In this document: piece by piece, positions 52,285 through 63,215 of the stretch
Position numbering within the stretch: the first letter of the stretch is position 1
Layout of the letters: each line of letters opens with the position of its first letter
Virus record (IMG/VR): IMGVR_UViG_3300028797_000117
Length of the DNA: 63,215 bases
Strand: one strand, 5' to 3'
Origin: an uncultured virus (IMG/VR IMGVR_UViG_3300028797_000117)
Lineage: Duplodnaviria > Heunggongvirae > Uroviricota > Caudoviricetes
Made by a program: the position numbers and the translations under genes
Notes under the pieces: generated by a model
Database searches by the model: none
What the model saw: the letters and a program-made list of their open reading frames with translations, nothing else
Told to the model about the DNA's origin: nothing

Positions 52285-52585
52285 ACATGGATATAGAAAA
52301 GATATGAGAACTACCTGCCCTATATGCGGTTGTGAGTTCTCATATGAATGGGACGATGTAATTATAAGTACACAAACTGGATATCCGTATGTAACTTGGA
52401 CTTATTATGGATATGGAGATTATTCTTATACAACTCCTAGATATGATATTATATGTCCAGACTGCGGAAAGAAATTCCAAATTCTTAATTGGACTATAAG
52501 TTATCCATCTGACAGTACTCAAAGAACAACAATAACATACTATAAAACAGGAGATAAACATGACACAACTTACAAAAAAGATTAA
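52268..52585 (+). CDS. zinc-ribbon hypothetical protein
   Basis: CPICGCEF and CPDCG. Confidence 0.7.
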   Translation: MKRIIKHGYRKDMRTTCPICGCEFSYEWDDVIISTQTGYPYVTWTYYGYGDYSYTTPRYDIICPDCGKKFQILNWTISYPSDSTQRTTITYYKTGDKHDTTYKKD

Positions 52586-53138
52586 ATTAGTAGCTCTTTG
52601 AGGAGGTGGCGGCTGCGGAAAAGATACTTTATTAAATTATGCAGTTAATAATTTACCTGAACTTCATAAAGTAGTTAGTTATACAACTAGAACTAAAAGA
52701 GATTATGAAAAAGAAGGAGAAGATTATTATTTTATAGATAAAGCAGAGTTTGGAGAAAAAGTTCTAAATGGAGAAATTTTAGAAGCTTCAACTTGAGATG
52801 GAGAATTTTATGGAACGGGGATTTCTGCATTAGATCCAGATAAAGTTAATATTCAAATTTTGAATACCGAGGGTATAGAAATATTAAGCGAGGATTCTCG
52901 CCTAGACATCATTCCTATATATATTGCTGTTGAAGAAAAAACAAGATTATTAAGAATGATTAACAGAGAAGAACATCCAGATTGTGCAAAGATTTGTCGC
53001 AGAATTTTACAAGATGAAGAAATGTTTAGTAAAGAACAGTCTTTTGAATCCATTACCTACTATAATGGAGATGGGATCTCGCTAGATACTTTTCTTGCCT
53101 TCCTTCGCAATCGCGGAATCTTAAGCAAAAATGATTAA
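52560..53138 (+). CDS. gmk: guanylate kinase-like protein, TGA=Trp
   Basis: [13 protein letters not shown]-loop, [24 protein letters not shown]; two TGA. Confidence 0.85.
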
Positions 53139-53214
53139 TTTATATAGAATAAATTTGATAATACTAGAGAGGTTTAAATCCTTGAAATAATTTATATACT
53201 AAGGAGGTAGACTT

Positions 53215-55428
53215 ATGAAAGTCATTAAAAGAGACGGTCGTATTGTAGATTTTGATGCGACAAAAATTGAAAGAGCTATTCTTGCGGCTTTTGAAGATGT
53301 AGATGGTGAAATTACTGATTATGCAAAAGAAAAAGCTGCTAATATAGCAAGTTATATTGAAGGGTATTATCTAGATGTAGATGAAACACCTGGAATTGAA
53401 GATATTCAAGATTTAGTTGAAAAAGGTTTAATGGCAACTAAAAGAAAGGATGTAGCTAAAAATTATATTCTTTATAGAGAAAATAGAACAAAAATTAGAA
53501 ATGCAAACTCTAATTTAATGAAAAACATTAAAGAAAAAATTGAAGCTTCAGATGTTCAAAATCAAAATGCAAATATTGATGAACGTTCTTTCGGTGGTCG
53601 TATGGGAGAAGCTAGAAGCGAATTGATGAAAGATTACGCTTTAAATTATCTAGTTTCAGATATGGCAAGAGAAAATCATTTAAATAATGAAATTTATATC
53701 CATGATTTAGATGCTTATGCTGTTGGTATGCATAACTGCCTAACAGTTCCATTTGATAAACTATTGGCGGAAGGATTTAACACAAGACAAACAGATGTTC
53801 GTCCTGCTCGTTCAATCAATACAGCTTTTCAACTAGTAGCGGTATTATTCCAATTACAAAGTTTACAACAATTTGGGGGCGTTAGTGCTAGTCATTTAGA
53901 TTGAACTATGGTTCCATATGTAAGATTAAGTTTTTATAAACATTTTAAAGATGGAATTAAATATCTTCATAATGATGAATACTTCGTAACAGAAGAATTT
54001 GTTCCAGAAGAAACATCAATAGACTCTCAATATTATACTTATTATGCCGGCGCATATAAATATGCAATGGATATGACAGAAAGAGAATTAAAACAAGCTG
54101 TAGAAGGAATGTATCATAATTTAAATACATTACAATCTAGAAGCGGGAATCAATTACCTTTTACTTCTATAAACTATGGAACTTGTACTTTACCTGAAGG
54201 TAGAATGGTTACAAAAGCATTATTAGAAGGTTCAATTAAAGGTGTTGGTAAAGTAAGAAAAACTCCAATCTTCCCATGTGGAATATTCCAATGTATGAAA
54301 GGAGTTAACCGCAAACCAGGAGATCCAAACTATGATTTATTCCAATTAGCTTTAAAATCAACAGCTCAAAGATTATATCCTAATTATGTTAATGTAGATT
54401 GGTCAGTTAATGCGGGATATGATATAAACGATCCTAAAACATATGTATCAACTATGGGATGTAGAACATATAATGGTAGCGATATAAATGCTGACCCTGG
54501 AACTAATCCTCAAACAAAGGATGGCCGCGGAAACATTTGTCCTGTTACTATTGTAATGCCTACTTTAGCTATGAAAGCAAATGGCGATGTTGAAGCCTTC
54601 ATGGAATTACTTGATAAGAAAATTTATGAAGCTAGAGATATGTTAGTTGAAAGATATAATTGGATTATTAGTCAATCACCTGAATCTGCTAAATTTATGT
54701 ATGAAAACAATATTATGTTAGGTTATGATGGAAAAACTGTTGAATCCGCTATGAAACATGGAACTCTTGTTATAGGACAAATTGGGTTAGCGGAAACACT
54801 ACAAATATTAATTGGTAAAGACCATACAACACCTGAAGGTATGGAACTTGCTAAAAGAATTGAGCAATTATTTAAAGATAGATGTGCGCAATTCAAAAAA
54901 GATTTACACTTAAATATTGGAGTATATTATACACCTGCTGAAAATATGTGTTATACTTCAATGAAAAAATTCAAAAAAGCATATGGAATTATTCCTAATG
55001 TAAGCGATAGAGATTATTTCACTAATAGTATACATGTTCCAGTATGGAAAGAAATGAGTCCATTTGAAAAAATTGATATTGAAAGTCAATTAACTGGATA
55101 TAGTAATGCCGGATGTATTACTTATGTTGAATTAGAAGGTGGCGTTAAACATAACCTTGAAGCTCTTGAACAAATAGTAAATTATGCTATGGATAAGGAT
55201 ATTCCATATTTCGCAATAAATGTACCAAATGATACTTGCTTAGACTGTGGATACACAGATGAATTTAATGACAAATGCCCTATGTGTGGAAGTACTCATA
55301 TCCAACAACTTAGACGTGTTACAGGGTATTTAACAGGGGACTACAAAACAGCATTTAATAAGGGTAAGCAACAAGAAACTGAACAAAGATTCAAACATAG
55401 TAAAAAATTGGAGAATTGAAATGATTAG
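53215..55428 (+). CDS. nrdD: anaerobic ribonucleoside-triphosphate reductase with ATP cone, TGA=Trp
   Basis: VIKRDG ATP cone, IYIHDLD, HNC, HLDW(TGA)TMVPY, MGCRT, TPAE, YFTNS, CxxC...CPMC, RRVTGYL; true stop TAG after a second TGA. Confidence 0.95.
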
Positions 55429-55936
55429 AGTTGCGGGAATAAATGAAAATGATGTTGTAAATGGTGAAGGAGTAAGCGTAAGTTTATTCCTTCAAGGTTG
55501 CCCTTTACATTGTAAAGGTTGTCATAATCCAGAAACTTGGAATCCAGATGGAGGAGAAGAATGGGATGAACAACATTTAATGTTAAAAATATTAAATGCA
55601 TTAGGCGCAAATGATATTCATCGTAATTTAAGTATCTTAGGCGGAGAACCTTTAGATACTGATAAAAAAATAAACTTTATTGAATGATTAATCAATATGG
55701 TTAAAAATTTATATCCACAAACAAAAATTATTATTTGAACAGGTTATCAATATGAAGATTTAAAAAATAATCCAAAATTAAATTATATTTTTCAAAATAT
55801 AGATTATTTAATTGAAGGGCCTTTCATATTGGAAGAACGCGATATAACTTTGAAATGGCGCGGTAGCCGCAATCAAAGAATAATAGATATGAAACAAACA
55901 CTACTAGATAAGGAGGTTAAGTTATACACTGAATAG
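55421..55936 (+). CDS. nrdG: anaerobic RNR activating radical-SAM protein, TGA=Trp
   Basis: NGEG, QGCPLHCKGCHN, LGGEP, W(TGA)TGY, WRGSRNQR. Confidence 0.93.
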
Positions 55937-55974
55937 TAACTTAATCTCCTCTTTTTTATTAGGGGGAACTACTT

Positions 55975-56907
55975 ATGGACAGAAAAGCAATATGTGATAA
56001 AATTTACTATATGGCTAAAAAGAAAAAATCTTTTTTAGAAATATGTAAAGATTTAGAATTACAAGATTATGAAGTTATTGGTTTAGTAACTTTAATGGCA
56101 GAAGAAGGATATAACATTGATTTTGTTGATGGAGAAATTGTTATTAGAAAAGTTCCAAAACAAAATCAAGATATTTATGAAATTCCTTACAATTTAGAAC
56201 ATTTAAGATTATTATTAATAAGTGATACTCATTTATGTTCTAAATATGATAGATTAGATATTTTAAGATATTTATATGCAAAAGCTGAAGATGAAGGTGT
56301 ACAACATGTTCTACACTCTGGAGATTTTACTGACGGTAAATCTACTAGACCTGAGCATATATATGAATTAAGAGAACCTTCTTATGAAGGACAAGTTGAC
56401 TATTGCGTAAATAAATATCCTCAATTTAGTGGGAAAACCTATGCTATCCAAGGTAATCATGATGATTGGTGGTATAAATCAACAGGAAGCGAAATAGTAA
56501 AAGCAATAGCTAAACAAAGAGATGATATAGTATACTTAGGTCCAGATGTCGCAGACTTAAAAATTGGAAAATTAAAAATTAGATTATTCCATGGTCAAGG
56601 CGGTGGCGCGTATGCTAAATCATATAAATTACAAAAATATTTAGATACAATCCCTCTTGAAGAGAGACCAGATATATTACAAACAGGACATATTCATCAA
56701 AGCTTCTATATGAAACAAGATAAAACTCATTGTTTTCAAACTAGTTGTTTAGAAGACCAAACACCATACTGCAGAGGCATGGGGTTAGCAAATGATAAAT
56801 CTTGTTGGTGGGTAGATGTAGAATTTGATGACAAAGGAAATATACATAAAATAACTCCTGAATTAGAAACATTTGGAGAAAAGAAATTAACATTAAGAAA
56901 GAAGTAG
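55975..56907 (+). CDS. metallophosphoesterase with N-terminal HTH-like segment
   Basis: SDTH, SGDFTDG, GNHD, FHG, GHIH. Confidence 0.85.
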   Translation: MDRKAICDKIYYMAKKKKSFLEICKDLELQDYEVIGLVTLMAEEGYNIDFVDGEIVIRKVPKQNQDIYEIPYNLEHLRLLLISDTHLCSKYDRLDILRYLYAKAEDEGVQHVLHSGDFTDGKSTRPEHIYELREPSYEGQVDYCVNKYPQFSGKTYAIQGNHDDWWYKSTGSEIVKAIAKQRDDIVYLGPDVADLKIGKLKIRLFHGQGGGAYAKSYKLQKYLDTIPLEERPDILQTGHIHQSFYMKQDKTHCFQTSCLEDQTPYCRGMGLANDKSCWWVDVEFDDKGNIHKITPELETFGEKKLTLRKK

Positions 56908-56911
56908 GATA

Positions 56912-57076
56912 ATGTACAAGATAAGAATAACAACTACACAAGGTATAATAGAAACAGAAATTGAAGATATAAATGAATTGGAACAATTATTAATTCCTTA
57001 TTATGAAATTTATATTGGATTAGAAGCAAAATATTATGAAAAACAACAAACTCAACAACTTGTTTTGAAAAAATAA
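56912..57076 (+). CDS. small hypothetical protein (54 aa)
   Basis: ATG right after the upstream stop, MYKIRITT...QQLVLKK. Confidence 0.55.
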   Translation: MYKIRITTTQGIIETEIEDINELEQLLIPYYEIYIGLEAKYYEKQQTQQLVLKK

Positions 57077-57122
57077 AAAAAATATATTATAATATTTATA
57101 TAAAATGAAAGGGAGTGTAAAT

Positions 57123-57593
57123 ATGGTAAAAACAGTTTTAACCTATCCAAAAGATAAAGATATATTAACTCAAAAAAGTGAAGAAGTAACTGAATTTACA
57201 AATGATGTAAAAGAAACAATTCAAGATTTAATAGATACAGTTAAGTTTATGGGCGGAGCTGGCATTTCCGCAATTCAAATTGGTAAACCATATAAAATAT
57301 GTGTTATAAATTGGGGCGGTATCTATGTTTTAGTGAACCCAAAAGTAACTCGTAGTCGTGGAACTCATACTATGAGAGAAGGATGTTTATCAGTACCTGG
57401 TCTTTATGTAGAGACAACTAGACCACAAAAGGTATGGATTACAGCCTTAAATGAAAATGGAGAAGAATATGAATATGCTGAAGGCGGAAATGGTAGTTAT
57501 ATTGCTCTTCATGAATTAGATCACTTTGAAGGTAAATGTACTTTATTTGAAGCTTATGAAGAAGCAGTAAAGAGAATGGGTAAAAATGAATAA
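57123..57593 (+). CDS. def: peptide deformylase
   Basis: GAGISAIQIG, EGCLSVPG, HELDHFEG motifs. Confidence 0.93.
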   Translation: MVKTVLTYPKDKDILTQKSEEVTEFTNDVKETIQDLIDTVKFMGGAGISAIQIGKPYKICVINWGGIYVLVNPKVTRSRGTHTMREGCLSVPGLYVETTRPQKVWITALNENGEEYEYAEGGNGSYIALHELDHFEGKCTLFEAYEEAVKRMGKNE

Positions 57594-58101
57594 GATAAAA
57601 AGATATTTTTTAAAAAGAAAAAAGAAGAAACAATTCTTAAAATATTTAGATGACCAAAAAACAACATTAATGGAAGTTTTTTATAAACTTATAATGGTTA
57701 GAAATATAGACTTCCAAAAAATGCTTTATAAAGAGCAAATGTTGTTGCCACTTTGGTATAGAGTATTAGACCATGATGACGATTTATGTTATAAACCATA
57801 TTTTGAAATTTATAGAAAACATTTTTATCCTGTTGATTTAGAAGAAAAGATATTTAATCTTCCTTATTATGCTATTGCTGAATTTAATCGTATGCAAGAA
57901 AATGATTATAAATGGCAATTTCGTATGCATTATGATGAAGACCAATTAGATAAAGAAACTAAATTAGCTTGTTTAGAAAATATTCTTGATTGGATTGCTA
58001 AAAAAGAAACTGTATATAATATGAGCAAAGCAATTCATTCATTACCTAAGGCTCAAAAAGAGTTTATGATGGATATTGTTCATCAATTATCAGTAAAATA
58101 A
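57586..58101 (+). CDS. hypothetical protein
   Basis: 171 aa, overlaps the def stop. Confidence 0.7.
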   Translation: MNKIKRYFLKRKKKKQFLKYLDDQKTTLMEVFYKLIMVRNIDFQKMLYKEQMLLPLWYRVLDHDDDLCYKPYFEIYRKHFYPVDLEEKIFNLPYYAIAEFNRMQENDYKWQFRMHYDEDQLDKETKLACLENILDWIAKKETVYNMSKAIHSLPKAQKEFMMDIVHQLSVK

Positions 58102-58125
58102 TTTAAAAGAAAGAAGGCATGGGAA

Positions 58126-58263
58126 ATGTATGGCTATATGGTTGTATATTTCATAATGGGATTCTTATTTGGGCTTATATTTGATATTGATATCGATGAT
58201 ATAGATGACGAGGAGGATGATGATTATGAAATTTTTAAACAAGACAAAACTACCAAAAAATAA
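58126..58263 (+). CDS. small membrane protein with acidic tail (45 aa)
   Basis: MYGYMVVYFIMGFLFGLIF hydrophobic segment followed by a D/E run. Confidence 0.45.
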   Translation: MYGYMVVYFIMGFLFGLIFDIDIDDIDDEEDDDYEIFKQDKTTKK

Positions 58264-58675
58264 AAAAACTCATAATGTTGAATTAGGAACTTTATATGAT
58301 GTAAATAAAAGTTTAATTGAACAAAATGTTGAAGCTCTTGATGAACAACAATTACAAGATAAAAAGAATTTAATTATAGATTTTGTAAATAATTCAAATA
58401 ATGCATATTATATGCTATTATGTAATGAAAAAAAAGACTATACTATCTTCCATAGAAGATGGGATGGCACAATAGAACAATTCTTAGATAATGCCGGCAC
58501 AATAGAAGATACATTAGAAAAGATTTTAATCGATGAATGCCTTCCTAACCGCGGCCGCACAAAATCTATAGAATTAACTGAAAATAAAGATGCTGTTGAA
58601 ATATGGATTTCAATAGATGGAGAAAGTTATTGTTATTATTTCTTCCCTTATGATGCAGCTCTTATTGAATGTTAG
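58226..58675 (+). CDS. hypothetical protein
   Basis: GAGGAGG RBS; YYMLLCNE..DYTIF...EIW...YY.FPYD. Confidence 0.75.
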   Translation: MKFLNKTKLPKNKKTHNVELGTLYDVNKSLIEQNVEALDEQQLQDKKNLIIDFVNNSNNAYYMLLCNEKKDYTIFHRRWDGTIEQFLDNAGTIEDTLEKILIDECLPNRGRTKSIELTENKDAVEIWISIDGESYCYYFFPYDAALIEC

Positions 58676-58687
58676 GAGGTTATTACT

Positions 58688-58948
58688 ATGATGATTTTAG
58701 GAAGTATTAAACCTTTTACATTTGCTCAAAAAATATTAGTGTTAAATGATGAAGGAGCTATTGAGGCAACTATAACAACTTCTATGAAAGATTTTGCTGA
58801 AAATCTTTGTGAAGTAGCCAATAAATATAATTGTAAAAATGTAAAAATAGCAGGTTATAAAACTTATGCTAAAGGTTTAGAAAATAAAATTAAAGATTGC
58901 TATTTAGCAAAATATGAAAAAAATGATTTAGAGATAGAATATATTTAA
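58688..58948 (+). CDS. hypothetical protein
   Basis: AGGAGG RBS, 86 aa. Confidence 0.75.
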   Translation: MMILGSIKPFTFAQKILVLNDEGAIEATITTSMKDFAENLCEVANKYNCKNVKIAGYKTYAKGLENKIKDCYLAKYEKNDLEIEYI

Positions 58949-59020
58949 TAACTATCTCTCTTTTTTTGTTGAAAAAAATAAAAATAAAAAGTATAATATT
59001 TATATAAGGAGGATTTTAAT

Positions 59021-59272
59021 ATGAAATATTTATTAGAAACAACAGAAGTATACAGAGTAGATAAAGAAGCAGAAGCAAAAGAATTAATTGAAAATGCAAA
59101 AAGTGGAAATGCTTATTTATTAAAAAAATATAGTTCTCAATATAAAGAAAGAAAACAAAAAGGCGAAGTAGTAGATGCCTGGTATAAAGTTACTTTAGTA
59201 AAATCTTTTAATGATGAAAAAGAACCTATAACTTCAGTTGAGGTTAATTATGGAGATGGGAGTGCTTTTTAA
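59021..59272 (+). CDS. hypothetical protein
   Basis: AAGGAGG RBS, 83 aa. Confidence 0.75.
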   Translation: MKYLLETTEVYRVDKEAEAKELIENAKSGNAYLLKKYSSQYKERKQKGEVVDAWYKVTLVKSFNDEKEPITSVEVNYGDGSAF

Positions 59273-59715
59273 TGTTAGAACATATAATTAATTATATTAA
59301 ATTAAATGAATTAGCAAAAGAACCAACTCGTGGAAGTAACGCGGCTGCAGGATATGATTTATATGCAGCAATTGATAATGATATAATTATAGCGCCTCAT
59401 ACAACTGTTAAAGTTGGGACTGGACTAGCATTTGAGTTACCTCAAAATACGTTCGCAGCAATCTTTGCTAGAAGCGGTTTAGCTACTAAACAAGGTTTAA
59501 GACCTGCCAACTGCGTTGGAGTTTGTGATAGCGATTACCGTGGTGAATATATAGTTGCAATTCACAATGATACAGATATTGAACAAACTATTGCCGCAGG
59601 TGATAGAATTGCTCAAATGATTTTATTGCCATATATTCCTATGGTATTTGAAGAAGTAGAAGAATTAAGTGATACAGAAAGAGGATCTGGAGGATTCGGA
59701 TCTACAGGTAAGTAA
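59272..59715 (+). CDS. dut: dUTPase (trimeric)
   Basis: AAGYDL, RSGL, GVCDSDYRGE, GDRIAQ, RGSGGFGSTG. Confidence 0.95.
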   Translation: MLEHIINYIKLNELAKEPTRGSNAAAGYDLYAAIDNDIIIAPHTTVKVGTGLAFELPQNTFAAIFARSGLATKQGLRPANCVGVCDSDYRGEYIVAIHNDTDIEQTIAAGDRIAQMILLPYIPMVFEEVEELSDTERGSGGFGSTGK

Positions 59716-59716
59716 T

Positions 59717-59806
59717 ATGTGAGGATATATTGGAACATTTATATTAGGAGGGCTATTTGGGGTAGCATTAATGGCTTGCCTTGTCGCAGGGAAAGACGAT
59801 AAATAG
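59717..59806 (+). CDS. tiny membrane protein, TGA at codon 2
   Basis: M-W(TGA)-GYIGTFILGGLFGVALMACLVAGKDDK fills the operon gap. Confidence 0.5.
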
Positions 59807-59817
59807 GAGGAATAAAA

Positions 59818-61728
59818 ATGGATAATGCAACAAGTTATACAATATATAAACAAGAAATTAAAAAATATATTCTTAATCATTTCCAACCTACCGATACAGT
59901 TTTAGATGTAGGAGCTGGAAGTGGAACTTATTCAGATTTATTAGAGGGATATTTTTATCATATTGATGCTGTAGAAGCTTACTCTCCAAATATCAAAGAC
60001 CATAAATTAAAAACAAAATATACAAATATTTATAATGTAGATATTCAAGACTTTGAATTTGAATATTATGATTTAGTTATAATGGGAGACATTCTAGAAC
60101 ATTTAACAGTTGAACAAGCTCAAAAAGTTTTAAAATATATTATTCCTCGTTGTAGACAAGTTATTGTTGCTATTCCATATTTATTAGAACAAGAAGCTGT
60201 TAATGGAAATGATTTTGAAATTCATAAACAACCTGATTTGACTAGACAAAATATGCAAACAAGATATCCTGATTTAGAATTATTATATGGAAATAGAGTT
60301 TATGGATATTATATCAAAAAAAATAGTGAATTATCATCTGAAGAACAAAAATTCCATGAAAAAACTCTTCATCCTACTTTAGATATTATTATTCCTTGCC
60401 ATGATTTAGAGAAATATATTAAAAATTGTTTAAGGTCTTTAAAGATTCAAAAAAATGAAACTGAAGCAAAAAGAAAAATATATTTTATCTGTGATAATTG
60501 TACTGATAATACTGAAACAATTATTAAAAAAGAAATGAATAATAGCGGATGGGACTATGAAATTATCGAGGCTCACGAAGGTTCAGCCGGCGGCGCCCGC
60601 AATAAAGGGTTAGAAAAATCAACAGCTGATTATATATGGTTTATAGACGGAGATGATTGGCTTGCAGTTGATGATGCTATTGATATAGTTTTAGATTGTA
60701 TGGTCACAGATGATATGGATATTATTCAATTTAAAATTAGAAGTAATGCAAATCCGCTAGGAGAATTTGGTGGCGGGACTGTATGGCAAGCAATGTTCTC
60801 TAAAAGATTAATTGGTGATTACCGCTTTAATGATAGACAAGTTGGAGAAGATAATGATTTTTGTGCAGAAATGTGAGATAACCGCAACCCAAAATTAGGT
60901 AAAATAGATTTTGCACCATATTTTTATAACTTCCCTAGAGAAAATAGTTTATCTGATATTGCTTATGGTTGATGGTCAAATAAAAAACAAGTATTAGCGT
61001 TATCTTGTACTAGAAATTATTATCAATATTTATATACTTGATTATTTGCTTATACTAGAAATAATTATTATCGTAAAATATATTTATTTATAGAAGATGA
61101 TGAATTAAATTTACCTTTTATAAATTTAGAATATATAAATATAAATAAATTAAATTGTTTAAATCCTGAAGGATTAAATTATAATACAGGCTATTCAAAA
61201 GCCTCAATGATAAGATTATATTTAGCCTCTTTAACAACTGAAGATAAAATTTTATATTTAGATACAGATTTAATTGTAATTGATAATATAGATGAATTAT
61301 GAGATATAGATATAGATAATTATTATGCCGCAGGAGTTATTGATCAAGGAGCAAAAACAAATTTAATGACACCTAATATTCCTGTAGACAGATTTAATTA
61401 TATAAACAGCGGAGTTGTATTATTTAATTTAAAGAAAATAAGAGAAGATAATAAAGAACAAGAATTAGATAAATTTGTGAATGAGAATAAATTATATTAT
61501 CCAGACCAAGATGCTATTAATGCCATATTTAAAAATCATATATTATTTTTAGATAATAAATATAATTCTTCTATGTTTACAGAAACCGCAAAGAATTTTA
61601 AAATTTATCATTGAGCAGGAGACAAAAAAAATTGAATATATCATAGAGAACACGCAGATTTATGGACTAAAACAGAAGCTCAACAAGACCCTAATTTCAA
61701 ATTAGAAATATATAATGAGGAGGAATAA
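59818..61728 (+). CDS. tri-domain class I SAM methyltransferase-GT2-GT8 fusion, TGA=Trp
   Basis: VLDVGAGSG, GDILEH; IIIPCH, GGARNKG, FIDGDD; KILYLDTDLIV...ELW(TGA), YINSGV, YPDQDAIN. Confidence 0.85.
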
Positions 61729-61730
61729 AA

Positions 61731-62867
61731 ATGACACAAGTTTATTCAAACATATATTATTTTTATTATCTTAATGTAGTTGGTGGAACTGAAACATTTT
61801 TATACCAACTTGCAAAAAAATTTAAAGATTATGATTTAACAGTTATATATACAAAAGCTAATCCAGAACAGGTGGCTCGTTTAAGACAATATGTTAGATG
61901 TATTAAATATGAAGGACAAGAAATATATTGTAAAAAAGCTTTCTTTAACTATGGAATAGATATTATTAATCATGTTCATGCAGATGAATACAATTTAGTT
62001 ATTCATGCAGATTATGAAGCTTTAATGAAAAAAATCCCAGATTTCAAACCTCAAGTACATCCAAAAATTAATAGATATATTGGAGTTAGCAAAAGAGCCT
62101 GCGCAGGATTCAAAGCAGTAACAGGAAAAGATTGTGAATTATGTTATAATCCTTTTACTCCTGAAGCCCCTAGAAAAGTTCTAAATTTAATTAGCGCTAC
62201 TAGATTAACAAAAGAAAAAGGCAAAGATAGAATGATTCAATTAGGAGATGCTTTAGATAAGGCGGGAATCCCTTATATATGAACTGTATTTACTAATGAT
62301 ACTAAAGAAATAAATAATCCTAATATAATTTATATGAAACCTCGTTTAGATATAACAAATTTTATTGCTAATGCAGATTATTTAGTTCAACTATCTGATA
62401 ATGAAGGATATTGTTATTCTGTGGTTGAGGCTTTAACTCAAGGAGTTCCAGTTATAGTTACTCATTGTCCAGTATTTGATGAATTGGGTTTAAAAAATGG
62501 AGAAAATTGTTATTTATTAGATTTTGATATGGAAAATATCCCTATTAATGATATTTATAATCATATTCCTAAAGACTTCCATTATGAAGTTTTAAAAGAT
62601 GATTGAGAAAATCATTTATTATTAGAGCCTACTACCTATGATAAAGAACAATCAACTATATATTTAATGGAAGCTACTAATACATATCAAGAAAGAGGAT
62701 TATTAGATGCTGAACTTGGAAGAGTACCTGTCAAAGGAGAAAGATGAGAAACAGATTATAATAGAATGTATGCTCTTATTGGAAATAATAGATATCATGC
62801 TCAATTTGCAAAAGTGGTTGATTCGTATACACAAAAAGAAAAAGAAGCAAGACAACAATCAATGTAA
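61731..62867 (+). CDS. GT-B (family 4-like) glycosyltransferase, TGA=Trp
   Basis: GGTET, IGVS, ATRLTKEKG, ADYLVQLSDNEGYCYSVVEAL..GVPVI. Confidence 0.85.
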
Positions 62868-62940
62868 TTAATTGATTGTTTTTTATTGCGCGTTTTTAAA
62901 ATTTTTAGTATAATGTAGATAGAAGAAGGAGATGTTTAGT

Positions 62941-63215
62941 ATGAAAATATTATCTTTAGATTTATCTACTAAGAGCAGCGGTTGAGCTATTTTTAAAGAT
63001 GGTTTACTAATTGACTATGGATGTATTTCATCTACATCAACTGATTTACTAAAAAGAATTAACATAATGTTAGACGGATTAAAAGAAATTTTAAAAAAAC
63101 ATAGTGATATAGAAAAAGTATATGCGGAAGAAGTTAGACCTGAAAATGGACTTCAAAATATAAAAACTCACCGTGCATTAATGTGGCTTCAAGGAGTTGC
63201 CGCACTTGAAATATA
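62941..63215 (+). CDS. RuvC-like Holliday junction resolvase (partial), TGA=Trp
   Basis: MKILSLDLSTKSSGW(TGA)AIF...YG.I, VYAEE, L..LQG; runs off the window. Confidence 0.8.

Noticed and set aside
9654..59886. Antisense shadow ORFs (e.g. 9654-9902, 11819-12361, 24585-24845, 32822-33172, 39543-39782, 56736-56986)
   Set aside because: They lie opposite well-supported genes and have no independent motifs.
2474..63215. TGA=Gly (code 25)
   Set aside because: TGA falls at invariant Trp positions such as QNSWG, ESGWNP and the LRR NW motif, where sister repeats use TGG.
1..63215. CRISPR array, diversity-generating retroelement, integrase/transposase, introns or inteins in dnaE, nrdD or gyrase
   Set aside because: No repeat-spacer array, reverse transcriptase or recombinase was seen; the 78-nt periodicity at 13.4-15.9 kb is protein repeat; core genes have ordinary lengths and continuous motifs.

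Overview
This is a 63 kb segment of a large, very AT-rich tailed dsDNA phage, probably infecting a walled Firmicutes/Bacilli host (CHAP endolysin with peptidoglycan-binding domain, sigma70/SigA-type promoters). The phage reads TGA as Trp. In-frame TGAs fall at conserved Trp positions (papain QNS*G, transglycosylase KESG*NP and KH*Y, GT8 DEL*D, leucine-rich-repeat N*NT), so many 'broken' ORFs in the track are single genes. Layout: (1) 1-5.9 kb, minus-strand array of 20 tRNAs interleaved with small genes and structured non-coding RNAs; (2) 5.9-26.3 kb, minus strand: lysis genes, two GT2 glycosyltransferases, a BspA/DUF285 LRR protein and tail-fibre/adhesin genes; (3) 26.5-63.2 kb, plus strand: Ro60/TROVE-like protein, PNK-like kinase, phosphoesterase, RNase H, gyrase B/A, NAD ligase, SSB-like protein, Sak4-like ATPase, DnaB, primase, RecJ, RecD-like helicase, DnaE, Gmk, NrdDG, Def, dUTPase, glycosyltransferases, RuvC-like resolvase. 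Most striking: (a) a tRNA-Trp gene with TWO complete anticodon arms, UCA and CCA, in tandem (1412-1507); (b) a family of Y-RNA-like RNAs sharing a closing stem plus CACAGCAAA motif, one with a circularly permuted tRNA-like domain and one with a UCA anticodon arm, in a genome encoding a Ro60/TROVE-like protein next to RNA end-healing-type enzymes; (c) strongly compartmentalised TGA use (0 of 19 Trp codons in DnaE versus more than 20 TGA in the LRR gene), suggesting a phage-controlled code switch. All calls are from reading the sequence; no searches were run.
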